From: a bacterium
Lineage (GTDB): Bacteria > Eisenbacteria > RBG-16-71-46
DNA length: 16,730 bases
Reading direction: 5' to 3'
Assembly (NCBI GenBank): GCA_043779265.1
Contig: JAYWEM010000164.1
Coordinates: forward strand, 1-16,730
Positions 1-8,800 of the stretch are shown here, in pieces. Within the stretch, counting starts at the first letter, position 1, and each line of letters opens with the position of its first letter. Below the pieces are notes generated by a model. That model saw only the letters and a list, made by a program, of their open reading frames with translations. It had not been told where the DNA came from and did no database searches. The translations under genes were made by a program, and so were the position numbers.

Positions 1-1
1 G

Positions 2-787
2 AGCGCCGCCAGTGCCACCGCCGACCTGAACGGGATCGCGCTCGACATGGCGTGCAGCGCCCTGCTCGGGCGCTTGCGTGAGAAGGCCGCACGGCTCCTC
101 GACACCCAGCCGGACACGATCACGCTGGTCGAAGAACGCGTTCACACGAATGGCGTGGCGACCGAGTGGGATTGGAAGAAGCTCGTCCATGCCGCGCACT
201 GGGACCGAGTGAACCTGAGCGAGAATGCCCACTACGCGACTCCGGTGATCCGCTTCGACAAGCGGACCGAGAAGGGACATCCGTTCGCCTATCACGTTTA
301 CGGCACGGCGGCAGTGCTCGCCACTGTGGATCGCGTGCGCGGGACCTACGTGCTCGATGCGGTGCACCTCGTGCATGACTACGGCCAGAGCCTGCACCCC
401 AATGTGGATCGTGGCCAGGTCGAAGGCGGTCTGGTCCAGGGACTCGGCTGGATGACGCTCGAGGAGATCGTCTTCGACTCCACCGGCCGACTCCGCAGCA
501 ACGCTCTCAGCACCTACAAGGTGCCCGACGTGCACAGCGCGCCCAAGGTGATCGAGATCGAGGCGCTGATCACGGATGGGCACCCGCTGGCGATTCGCCG
601 CAGCAAGGCGGTCGGAGAACCGCCGCTCATGTACGGGATCGGTGCCTATTTCGCGATTCAGAACGCGATTCGAGCCGTGCGGCCTGATGCGGCGCTTGCG
701 TTCGATGCACCCTTCACGCCCGAGAAGGTGCTCCTGACGCTCTATCGCGGCCGCGTGCGCGTCGGCTCCGAGGGCGTGACCGGCTGA
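2..787 (+). CDS. xdhB: Xanthine dehydrogenase molybdopterin-binding subunit, C-terminal part (5'-truncated by window edge)
   Basis: Frame is open from base 2 (SAASATADLNG, matching the XdhB AASxxxDLNG motif). Also has DxGxSLxPxxDxGQVEGGxVQGLGWMTLEE, STYKVP and SKAVGEPP (catalytic Glu motif). Adjacent to urate catabolism genes. Confidence 0.93.
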   Translation, partial: SAASATADLNGIALDMACSALLGRLREKAARLLDTQPDTITLVEERVHTNGVATEWDWKKLVHAAHWDRVNLSENAHYATPVIRFDKRTEKGHPFAYHVYGTAAVLATVDRVRGTYVLDAVHLVHDYGQSLHPNVDRGQVEGGLVQGLGWMTLEEIVFDSTGRLRSNALSTYKVPDVHSAPKVIEIEALITDGHPLAIRRSKAVGEPPLMYGIGAYFAIQNAIRAVRPDAALAFDAPFTPEKVLLTLYRGRVRVGSEGVTG

Positions 788-797
788 ACTCCTCGGA

Positions 798-2231
798 TCA
801 GCTCGTGGTCCGTCGGCCTTCGAGGATCGTGAGGAACGAACGCGAGCGCAGCTCCTCGAGCGTCAGACCTGTCGCGAACACCTCCTGCTCGCTCAACGCC
901 CCGCAGTTGAGGCCGCGCAGGAAGTAGTTGAGCAGCCCCTGCCCCGTCGCCGCGTCATCGAAGATATCGTCGGTGAGTGTGGCGCGGGCGGCCTTCTCGA
1001 CGAAGGCCTTCAATCGCTCGGTGGCCTCGCCCTGACTCTCGAGGAAGAAGCTGTAGACGGCGGCATAACGCATCGGCAGTTGCGCCGGGTTCAGGTCCCA
1101 ACCCTGATACAGGCCCTTCCACAGCGAGTGCCGCGTGTGGTCGAACGCCTTCTTCCATCCGCGGTGGACCACCTCGCGATTCTCGCGGCGCTGCTGCGTC
1201 GTCAGGCGAGCCCCTCGATGCGGACCGATGGGCATGACATTGGTGGCGCCATCGCTCAACCACAGCCCCGTGCCACCGAGCGCGACCTTCATCATGTGGT
1301 GCGCGAAGTCGCACACGGAGTGCCCCATGTCCTGGTAGCGCGCCGTGATGTTGCAAGAGGCCGTGTAGTCGTAGGTGCCGAACGCCGTCGCCTTCATGCG
1401 TCCCTCTCCCGCGAGCACGAAACCTCGAAGCGGGCTGCGGCCGTCGAGATCGAGCACCGCCTGCGTGGTCTCGACCATCATCTCCATGCGGAGCGCATCC
1501 TTGGCGATCGAGGTTGCCGACTCGATCGCCTCGAAGCAGCGCACCAATGCGGTGACCTGATCGGGGATCGTCACCTTGGGCAGCATCACGACGAAGTTCG
1601 GTGGCAGTTGGCCACCGGTCTCCGCGGCGAGCGTCGTGAGGAAGAGATCCAGTGTGCGGATGCCGCGCTCCTTGAGATCCTCGGTGAAGGGCTTGATCCG
1701 GATCCCGATGAACGGTGGCAGACTGCCCAGGGCCATGCCACGGGCGACTTCACGCGCCGCGGAGACCGCGGTCTCGTCCTCCTCCGCCGCGCTGCGGTTC
1801 CCGAAGCCGTCCTCGAAGTCGATGCGGAAGTCCTCGACCGGCTCAGATTCGAGCTTGGCGATCACCTTGCGATAGGTCGTGTAAGAGATCCATGCCGGGT
1901 CCGCGCGTCGCGTGCTCTCGGTGGCGCGATCCATCCGCTTGGTCAGTCGGAGGATGTCGGCTTGGCGCTTCGGCAGCCGTTCGTGCCCCTCGACCTCCAG
2001 GAGCCGAGCGAATGCGACGAAGTCCGGCGCGTATTCTCGCAGCGCGCGCAGCGCCGACTCGCCCATCTTGCGAGCGCTGTCCGCGCGAAACAGGTCTGCA
2101 CCGCCGTACACCGTGTGCACCGGCTGCCGGTCGTTGCGGTCGCCGGGGTACACCCGCTGGAACGCGAGATTCGCCCGGCGCAGATCGGCGATCACGCGTG
2201 CTCGATCACGATCGAGGATGGAGAGGGTCAT
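798..2231 (-). CDS. CitE/HpcH/malate-synthase superfamily TIM-barrel enzyme (DUF6986-like), function unassigned
   Basis: Motifs RQPVHTVYGGA, DFRIDFEDG, GIRIK, LPKV, MVET, FGTYDY, DGATN and QGWDL fit the Mg-dependent CitE/malate synthase fold. Start placed at ATG 2231, 10 nt after the uraH stop; the ORF-track start at 2270 overlaps uraH. Confidence 0.8.
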   Translation of the reverse strand: MTLSILDRDRARVIADLRRANLAFQRVYPGDRNDRQPVHTVYGGADLFRADSARKMGESALRALREYAPDFVAFARLLEVEGHERLPKRQADILRLTKRMDRATESTRRADPAWISYTTYRKVIAKLESEPVEDFRIDFEDGFGNRSAAEEDETAVSAAREVARGMALGSLPPFIGIRIKPFTEDLKERGIRTLDLFLTTLAAETGGQLPPNFVVMLPKVTIPDQVTALVRCFEAIESATSIAKDALRMEMMVETTQAVLDLDGRSPLRGFVLAGEGRMKATAFGTYDYTASCNITARYQDMGHSVCDFAHHMMKVALGGTGLWLSDGATNVMPIGPHRGARLTTQQRRENREVVHRGWKKAFDHTRHSLWKGLYQGWDLNPAQLPMRYAAVYSFFLESQGEATERLKAFVEKAARATLTDDIFDDAATGQGLLNYFLRGLNCGALSEQEVFATGLTLEELRSRSFLTILEGRRTTS

Positions 2232-2241
2232 GTCGCTCGAC

Positions 2242-2580
2242 TCAACTGCCGCGATACGTGCTGTAGCCATAAGGGCTCAGCAGCAGCGGCACATGGTAGT
2301 GGCCGTCGGCGGCGAGTGTGCAGACCACCTCGACATGGGGATAGAACGCGGACCCCGTGTGCCGGATCAGATAGGGACCGGTCTCGAATCGGATCCGATA
2401 CGTGCCTACGGGTATCGCCGTGCCGCTGGGAACGAAGCCGGGGATGCGGCCATCGGCGTCGGTGACTCCCCGAGCGACCTCGGCCCACTGATCGGCTTCG
2501 AGGCGATGCAGCGTGACGTGGAGTCCGGCAGCGGGGGCTCCGCGCGAGGTGTCGAGCACATGTATCGTCAGGCGGCTCAT
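2242..2580 (-). CDS. uraH: 5-hydroxyisourate hydrolase (transthyretin-like), cytoplasmic
   Basis: 112 aa with HVLD near the N-terminus, TDADGR, HYHVPLLLSPYGYSTYRGS and the diagnostic C-terminal YRGS. No signal peptide. ATGA overlap with uraD. Confidence 0.97.
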   Translation of the reverse strand: MSRLTIHVLDTSRGAPAAGLHVTLHRLEADQWAEVARGVTDADGRIPGFVPSGTAIPVGTYRIRFETGPYLIRHTGSAFYPHVEVVCTLAADGHYHVPLLLSPYGYSTYRGS

Positions 2581-3080
2581 GACAGGAGCTTCTCCAATCG
2601 GATTCGGGTGATCCGATGCTGCTCGCTCGCGGCGATCCGGATCTCCTCATCAGCGTCGTTCGACAGACGCGCCTCGAGCAGCGAGAGCATCTCCGCCACG
2701 CTTCGCGCTGTCGCGCAGACGATGAAGAGATGGCCGAAGCGCTCCTCGTAGCGGCGATTCCCATCGGCGAGACGTTCGAGGACCTCGCGGTCCGCGCCCT
2801 CCACGCCCCCCTGCTCACCACTCGCCCACTGCTTCGTGTTCGAATAGCGTCGGGCCAGCGACTCCACATCCCCGATGCGCGGATGGTGCGTGAACGCCTC
2901 CTTGAAATCAACGACCGAACAGGAGGCCCAGGCGGCATCGCTCGCGGCGAACACGGCTTCGCGCTCGATGAAAGGGCGCGCCGCGATCATGGCGGTGATC
3001 CACGACTCCGCGCCGCAGCATCGCTGCAACGCCTCGTGTGCCAGGGAAGCACTCGTCTGGTCCAGCTCTGCGATGGTCAT
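2577..3080 (-). CDS. uraD: OHCU decarboxylase
   Basis: 167 aa from MTIAELDQ (ATG 3080, ATGA overlap with the alc stop). Motifs EAFTHHPRIG, SGEQ, NRRYEERFGHLFIVCA and EQHRITRIRL. Confidence 0.94.
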   Translation of the reverse strand: MTIAELDQTSASLAHEALQRCCGAESWITAMIAARPFIEREAVFAASDAAWASCSVVDFKEAFTHHPRIGDVESLARRYSNTKQWASGEQGGVEGADREVLERLADGNRRYEERFGHLFIVCATARSVAEMLSLLEARLSNDADEEIRIAASEQHRITRIRLEKLLS

Positions 3081-4084
3081 GTGCGGACCGGCGTTCCGAA
3101 CAGGCGCAGTCGACTGACGCCGCCGTCCGGGAAGATGCTCAGTTGCACATGCGTCACCGGCGCGAGGCCCGCCGGGAAGTCGATCGCATGCTCGCGATCG
3201 GCCTCGAGCTTGGTGCGCGCGAGGATCGGGAACCAATTCATCGTCGAGAGGTCGTCCAAGGCGGAGTCGCAGCCGGAGATCTCGCAGCTGTCCGGATAGT
3301 TCCCCTTGAAGTGAGCGGTGTCGATGATCGCGCGCTCGAGGGCGCCGCGAGTGGCCAGTCGGATGACGACCCAATCGCGATTGCCGGGCGTCCGATTGCG
3401 CTTCGTCTCCCAGCCATCCCCCATGTTCACACCGCGACCGGGCATCAGGAGGTTCTGCATGTGGCTGAAGAACATGTCATTGCATGCAAGGGCCAACGCG
3501 CCGTGTTGCGCCGAGGCCAGATCGAGTTCGGACCCTCGCGACAGGTGCGCGGAATCGAGCGTCACCTCACCGTACACGCGCAGCCGTGCCACGCCGCCGT
3601 CGGGGTGGATGTGGAATCGGAGGTGCGTCGCCTGGAGGTCCCGTGCGGCGGAAGTCGGCTCGAGCAGATGATGACTGCCCGGCGAGAGCGGAGTGTGCGC
3701 CAGGATCTCAACCCACTCCTCGCCCTGGCCATCAGGGCTCGCCAGTCCATGCGGCGCGTGGCACGCCTCGATCGAGCAGTGCGGTGGATGGTTCCCCAGG
3801 AAGAAGCTGGTATCCACATCGAAACCCCGCACACAGCCGGCAGCGCCGAGTTGCAGTATCGCGATGTCGTGTCCCTCGGTCCGCTTGCGCCGACTCTCCC
3901 AGCCATCCATCCACTTGCCGCGCTCCGTGTAGCGATCGGCGATGAAGATCGCATCTCCCGGGCGGATGAGATTCTCCTTCTCCGCGAAGAAGTCATCGGT
4001 GCACCACAGGACCCGCCCACCGAAGCGCTCGGCGGCGAGGTCGATGAGTTGCGTGAAGGGGGGGCGCGGTTCGCTGGCGTCCAC
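3077..4084 (-). CDS. alc: Allantoicase
   Basis: Two internal repeats, each with DxFF, DGWE(S/T)xRxR, DTxxFxGNxP and PDGGVxRLR. Start placed at GTG 4084, 1 nt after the allB stop, with GGAG upstream. Confidence 0.95.
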   Translation of the reverse strand: MDASEPRPPFTQLIDLAAERFGGRVLWCTDDFFAEKENLIRPGDAIFIADRYTERGKWMDGWESRRKRTEGHDIAILQLGAAGCVRGFDVDTSFFLGNHPPHCSIEACHAPHGLASPDGQGEEWVEILAHTPLSPGSHHLLEPTSAARDLQATHLRFHIHPDGGVARLRVYGEVTLDSAHLSRGSELDLASAQHGALALACNDMFFSHMQNLLMPGRGVNMGDGWETKRNRTPGNRDWVVIRLATRGALERAIIDTAHFKGNYPDSCEISGCDSALDDLSTMNWFPILARTKLEADREHAIDFPAGLAPVTHVQLSIFPDGGVSRLRLFGTPVRT

Positions 4085-4085
4085 G

Positions 4086-5438
4086 TCAGGATCTCCGTGC
4101 AGTGAGAAGTGTGCCGGATGGCCGGTCGGACACCCTAGCATGTGCATACGCGGCGGCTCCCCCCACGACCGTGCGCTCGATGCGGCCTGCCAACGTCAGG
4201 CCGACATAGGGCGTGACGGGATGGCGATGCAGCACGTGCTCCGGCTTCACGACGATCTCGGCGTCCGGGTCCCAGACGACGAAGTCGGCGTCGCAGTCCG
4301 CATCCAGCCGGCCCTTGCCAGCCAGCCCCAGCGTCCGAGCCGGCGCCGAACACAGGCGCTCCGCCATCTGCTCGAGCGTGAACCCGCGCGCACGGGCACC
4401 CGTCCAGAACGAACGCCACCCGAACTGCAGCCCCGCGACGCCTCCCCATGCGAGGCGGAAGTCGCCGGTGTCGAGGGCCTTCAGTTCCGGAGGTGCGGGC
4501 GAGTGATCGGTCGCCACCAGATCGAGGACGCCCGAGCGCACCGCTTCCCAGAGGCGCTCGTTGTTCTCACGTTCGCGGATCGGTGGCGCGCACTTGTACT
4601 GCACCGCCCCATCCGGGATGTCCTCGACCGCGAACTGCAGATAATGCGGACACGTCTCGGCCGTGACCCGCACCCCTCGCGCCTTGGCTCGAGCGATCAT
4701 CGCGAGAGCGTCCGAGGATGAGACATGCACGATGTGCAATCGGATGCCCGAGGCCTCCGCCAGCGTGAGCATCGATTCGATGGCGCGGTCCTCCCACGAC
4801 CGGGGCCTCGAAGCGAGCCAGGCCCGCGCACTCCGCGGCGAACGCTCGAGCTCGGTCGTCCCCGCATGCGGGGAGTCCATCTCACAGTGCACGAGCAGCA
4901 GGGCGTCATGCTGGAGCAGCGCCGGGATCGCGCGCTCGAGGTCCGCGAGCGATACGTCGGGAAACTCGTCGATCCCCGAATGCGTCAGGAACGCCTTGAT
5001 GCCGAACACGCCGGCCTCGAGCAGCGGTCCGAGTCGCTCGGCATTCGTCGGGACGACGCCGCCATGGAAACCACAGTGGACGTGGATCCGCCCCTCAGCC
5101 GCAAGGCGCTTGAGTGCCAGCGCCTCGGCGGTGGTCGTGACCGGGCTCGAGTTGAGGGGCATGTCGATGAGCGTCGTCACGCCCGCAGCCGCAGCGGCCC
5201 TGGTCGCCGTCTCGAAGCCCTCCCATTCGGTTCGTCCGGGCTCGTTGATGTGCACATGCAGGTCGATCACGCCGGGCATCACGACCAGGTCGCCGACGCT
5301 CTCGAACTCCGCCCCGGACGGGGCTCGCTCACCCGCGGCCACTTCGAGGATCCGCGCCCCGTCCCAGATCAGCGTGCCCTCGCGCAACCCGTCCGGCGTC
5401 AGGATGCGATGACTGTGCAGGGCACGGACCGGCGACAT
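4086..5438 (-). CDS. allB: Allantoinase (amidohydrolase superfamily)
   Basis: PGVIDLHVHINEPGRTEWEGF, GIKAF (carboxylated Lys), VHCE, HIVH, ETCPHYL, KCAPPIR and TDHSP. Start ATG 5438 overlaps the puuD stop (TGATG). Confidence 0.95.
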   Translation of the reverse strand: MSPVRALHSHRILTPDGLREGTLIWDGARILEVAAGERAPSGAEFESVGDLVVMPGVIDLHVHINEPGRTEWEGFETATRAAAAAGVTTLIDMPLNSSPVTTTAEALALKRLAAEGRIHVHCGFHGGVVPTNAERLGPLLEAGVFGIKAFLTHSGIDEFPDVSLADLERAIPALLQHDALLLVHCEMDSPHAGTTELERSPRSARAWLASRPRSWEDRAIESMLTLAEASGIRLHIVHVSSSDALAMIARAKARGVRVTAETCPHYLQFAVEDIPDGAVQYKCAPPIRERENNERLWEAVRSGVLDLVATDHSPAPPELKALDTGDFRLAWGGVAGLQFGWRSFWTGARARGFTLEQMAERLCSAPARTLGLAGKGRLDADCDADFVVWDPDAEIVVKPEHVLHRHPVTPYVGLTLAGRIERTVVGGAAAYAHARVSDRPSGTLLTARRS

Positions 5439-6892
5439 CAGCGATCCGTCCGAGCGCCCTGCAGGATCCACTGCTGGAGGATCCGTCGTTCCTCGGCGGT
5501 CATGCTCGTCTTGTTCGCAAGCGGCATCGACTCCGTGGTGATGGCCCTCGCCATGATCTGCTCGGCGTAGCCCTGGATCTGCCCCGGTGTGTCATACATC
5601 ACGCCGTTGGGAGCTGTGGTGAAGACGTCGTCGGTCGGGTGCGAGCTGTGACAGCTCGCACAGCGATCGCGGATGATCGCGGCGGCCGAGGCGTACGGGA
5701 CGTTCGCACTCGAAGCGATGGGCTTCTCGAAGGTCGGCGCGACCGCGAGGCTCACCGAGATCAGCGCCAGCAGGCTCGCGACCAGGAGCCACGGCCGTCG
5801 GGCCCCTCGTTCGATCAGGTTCCAATAGTGCTTGATCCCAGCGCTCGCCAGGATGAGGACGATCAGGATCAGCGCGCGCTGCGGGTGGGCGAAGGTCCCC
5901 GGGAAGTGCGGGCTGATCATCGTGAACACGACCGGCAACGTGAGGTAGTTGTTGTGGAGCGAGCGGAGCCCGGCACGATTGCCGGGCTGCAGGTCGAGCT
6001 GCCGGCCGGTTCTCGCCGCGCGCACGAGCGCCCGCTGTGCCGGGATGATGACGAAGAACACGTTGCCGGCCATGATCGTGCCGATCACGGCGCCGACGTG
6101 GAGGTAGGCGGCGCGTCCACTGAGCAGATGCGTCAGTGCGAAGACCATCGCGCACAGCAGTGCGAAACCGACGAACGCGAAGACGCGTGGGCGCTCGACC
6201 AGGGGTGAACGGCACAGCAGGTCGTACACCGACCATCCGAGCACGAGCGATCCGAGCGCCACCGCGAGTGCCACCGGGGCTTCGACCGCCGCAACGTTCG
6301 GATCGATCAGGAACATCCGTGCATCGGTGTAGTACACGAGCACGAGCAGACTGATCCCCGAGATCCACGTGAAGTAGGCCTCGTACTTGAACCAGTGGAG
6401 CTTCTCGGGCAGGCGTGCAGGTGCGCCCTTGTACTTCTCGACGTGGTAGAACCCGCCGCCGTGGACCGCCCACAGGTGGCCGGCGAGCTCCTCTCTCACG
6501 CCACGAGAGCGCTCGAGGTGATTCTCGAGGAAGATGAAGTAGAACGAGGCGCCGATCCACATGATGCCCGCGATGACATGCGTCCATCGCACGAGGAGCT
6601 GGGCCCAGTCCATCAGATGCCGCTGGAGCGGCGTCCCCGAGACGAGGCTCCACGTGACAACGCAAGCCGGCAACAGCCATGCCAGAAGTCCGATGACCGC
6701 GCGTGTGGCGGTCGAGCGCTCGTGAGCCTCCTCGAGATCGATCCGTGAGGATTCCTCGAGGTCCGACTGGGCGAGCCGCGCCTCGAGGCGCGTGACGACG
6801 CGTCGCGTGCCCAGCCAGAGCGCGAACAGTCCTCCGCAGGCCAGCGCGGCGAAGGCCCAGAGGGGCTCGCTCAGAAGGGTCGAGAGGGACAT
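5438..6892 (-). CDS. puuD: Membrane-bound urate hydroxylase/oxidase with C-terminal cytochrome c domain and an N-terminal extension
   Basis: RWTHVIAGIMWIGASFYF, LWAVHGGGFY, LHWFKYEAYFTWISG, GTIMAGNVFFVIIPAQR and RSLHNNYLTLPVVFTMISPH. Heme c motif CASCH, distal MP motif (SMPLAN). First gene of the urate operon. Confidence 0.93.
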   Translation of the reverse strand: MSLSTLLSEPLWAFAALACGGLFALWLGTRRVVTRLEARLAQSDLEESSRIDLEEAHERSTATRAVIGLLAWLLPACVVTWSLVSGTPLQRHLMDWAQLLVRWTHVIAGIMWIGASFYFIFLENHLERSRGVREELAGHLWAVHGGGFYHVEKYKGAPARLPEKLHWFKYEAYFTWISGISLLVLVYYTDARMFLIDPNVAAVEAPVALAVALGSLVLGWSVYDLLCRSPLVERPRVFAFVGFALLCAMVFALTHLLSGRAAYLHVGAVIGTIMAGNVFFVIIPAQRALVRAARTGRQLDLQPGNRAGLRSLHNNYLTLPVVFTMISPHFPGTFAHPQRALILIVLILASAGIKHYWNLIERGARRPWLLVASLLALISVSLAVAPTFEKPIASSANVPYASAAAIIRDRCASCHSSHPTDDVFTTAPNGVMYDTPGQIQGYAEQIMARAITTESMPLANKTSMTAEERRILQQWILQGARTDR

Positions 6893-6894
6893 GG

Positions 6895-6914
6895 GCGGCG
6901 ACTTTAGTCGCCGC
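6895..6914. promoter_or_regulatory. Perfect 9-bp inverted repeat overlapping a putative -10 box of puuD; candidate operator
   Basis: GCGGCGACT-TT-AGTCGCCGC (6895-6903 / 6906-6914). The minus-strand TAAAGT (6906-6901) lies 8 nt before the puuD ATG. Confidence 0.45.
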
Positions 6915-6971
6915 GGGCGGTCCGGGCCAGCCGGTCGGCATCCTCTGCCGACGTGACCGCCTCCGATCGCC

Positions 6972-8003
6972 TCAGGAGTCCTTCACCTCGAACATCACGC
7001 TCCGCTCACCCGAGTGCTCGAAGCGGAGCTTCACGTCCACGCGGTCCCCGGAGCGCAGCGGCCGTTTGAGATCGATGAACATCAGATGCCGCCCGCCCGG
7101 TCGGAACACCACGTCCTCACCCCCCGGGATCTGCACCGAATCCACTCGCCTCATCCGGAGGGCCCCCGCGGAGTCGGCGAGCACTTCATGAAGCTCCATG
7201 CTCCCGGCCACCTCATCCGTCACGCTGGCGCCGAGCAATCGATCCGCCTTGGCACTCCGGATCGTCAGATAGCCTGCGCCGAGCGTCACGCCCGCCGGGC
7301 TCGATCGTGCCCATGCGCCCTCGAACATCGCCTTCGCCCCATCGGCGCTCGCGATTGGAGTTCGTGCGGGATCGGACGACAGGGCCCTCAGGTCATGCGC
7401 CATGTCCGCCGCCGAAGTGCCGAAGGGCCACATCAGCCGGACCTGGCCGTGCTCATCGACGATGTACGTGATGGCCGTATGGCTCACATCGATGTGACCA
7501 TCCTCGAGCCGGGTGATCGTCGAGGTCGCCCGGAATGCCGTCTGCGCCGCACCCAGCTCGGCTTGCGTCGTGGGCCGGAGCGCATGCGCGCGCGATTCGA
7601 AGAACGAGCCCAGGTAGGGCACGAGCACGGCGGCGGAGTCCCTCACCGGGTCGACCGTGATGAAGGCGAGACTCACGCGATCGGCGATCGGTCCGACCGC
7701 CGACATCGCGCGCTTCACGTCCGAGAGCGTCGTCGGGCAGATGTCGGGGCAGGTGACGAAACCGAAGAAGACGATGAGCCAGCCTCCTGCCTTGGCTCGC
7801 ATCTCGAAGGGTCGCGTCGATCCATCAGCCGACACTTCATCCAACCGCACCTGATCGACCCGCTGCTCGATGTGCGGGAGGTCCCCTCGAAGCGGCGTGT
7901 TGGCATCGCGCACCGTGCATCCGGGTGCGATCGCCAGGAGGAGCGTGAGCGCGAGGCCGAGGCGAACCGCTGATCGGGACGGGTGCACGGGGGCTCTTCG
8001 CAT
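6972..8003 (-). CDS. SCO1/SenC domain fused to a PCuAC copper-chaperone domain; probable lipoprotein
   Basis: Signal peptide ending LAIAPGC. SCO motifs [19 protein letters not shown] and SHT. C-terminal AWAR..GAGYLTI..ELH-X11-M-X21-HLM (PCuAC Cu(I) motif). Confidence 0.88.
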   Translation of the reverse strand: MRRAPVHPSRSAVRLGLALTLLLAIAPGCTVRDANTPLRGDLPHIEQRVDQVRLDEVSADGSTRPFEMRAKAGGWLIVFFGFVTCPDICPTTLSDVKRAMSAVGPIADRVSLAFITVDPVRDSAAVLVPYLGSFFESRAHALRPTTQAELGAAQTAFRATSTITRLEDGHIDVSHTAITYIVDEHGQVRLMWPFGTSAADMAHDLRALSSDPARTPIASADGAKAMFEGAWARSSPAGVTLGAGYLTIRSAKADRLLGASVTDEVAGSMELHEVLADSAGALRMRRVDSVQIPGGEDVVFRPGGRHLMFIDLKRPLRSGDRVDVKLRFEHSGERSVMFEVKDS

Positions 8004-8009
8004 GGGGCC

Positions 8010-8075
8010 ACTCTATCGGCCGGAACGCGGGCTCCGCCAATCGGCTGGCGGTGACGGAATCCCCCGCGCTAGGAT
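8010..8075. promoter_or_regulatory. Putative divergent -10 boxes for sco-pcuAC (-) and deoD (+)
   Basis: Minus-strand TAGAGT (8015-8010) is 6 nt before ATG 8003. Plus-strand TAGGAT (8070-8075) is 8 nt before ATG 8084. AGGA in the latter could alternatively be a Shine-Dalgarno. Confidence 0.45.
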
Positions 8076-8083
8076 GGGCGGCC

Positions 8084-8800
8084 ATGCCGACACCCACTCC
8101 GCACATCAACGCCCAGTTCGGGGACTTCGCCGACACCGTGCTCATGCCCGGCGACCCGTTGCGAGCGCAGTACATCGCCGAGTCCGCACTCGAAGGAGCC
8201 GTCCGCGTCTGCGACGTGCGCAACATGTACGGCTACACCGGGACTTATCGGGGAACCCGCGTCTCGGTCATGGCCCATGGCATGGGGATCCCCTCATGCT
8301 CCATCTACACGACCGAGCTGATCGCCGACTACGGCGTGAAAACGGTGATCCGCGTCGGCAGCTGCGGTGCGCTTCCCGCGGACGTGAAGCTGGGGGACGT
8401 GATCATCGCCATGGGTGCGTCCACCGACTCGAAGGTGAATCGCGTTCGATTCATGGACCACGACTACTGCCCGATCGCCGACTTCGGCCTGCTGGAGCGG
8501 GCCGTCGCCGCAGCGAGAGCTGCCGGGGTCAAGGTCCGAGTCGGCAGCGTGTTCTCCTCCGATTTCTTCTACTCGCCCCAGCCCGAAGTGTTCGATGCCG
8601 TCGAGAAGCTCGGCATGTTGGCGGTGGAGATGGAACTCGCCGGCTTCTATGCCATTGCGGCAGAGCACCAGGCGCGCGCCCTCGGGATCCTCACGGTCTC
8701 CGATCACATCCGGCGCAAGGAGCACCTCTCCTCGGATGAGCGGCGTACCACCTTCGACTCGATGATCCGAATCGCCCTGGATACGGCGGTCGCGAGCTGA
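8084..8800 (+). CDS. deoD: Purine nucleoside phosphorylase, hexameric DeoD type
   Basis: [42 protein letters not shown] and SDH. Start placed at ATG 8084 (MPTPTPHI). Confidence 0.96.
   Translation: MPTPTPHINAQFGDFADTVLMPGDPLRAQYIAESALEGAVRVCDVRNMYGYTGTYRGTRVSVMAHGMGIPSCSIYTTELIADYGVKTVIRVGSCGALPADVKLGDVIIAMGASTDSKVNRVRFMDHDYCPIADFGLLERAVAAARAAGVKVRVGSVFSSDFFYSPQPEVFDAVEKLGMLAVEMELAGFYAIAAEHQARALGILTVSDHIRRKEHLSSDERRTTFDSMIRIALDTAVAS

Noticed and set aside
3081..3374. N-terminal extension of the 265-aa uraD ORF
   Set aside because: Lies inside alc in another frame. The ATGA overlap at 3077-3080 gives a normal-length UraD.
1080..7973. Numerous long opposite-strand or alternate-frame ORFs (e.g. 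1080-2465, 3038-4105, 5592-6941, 7014-7973)
   Set aside because: They overlap well-supported genes and have no recognisable motifs; GC-bias artefacts.
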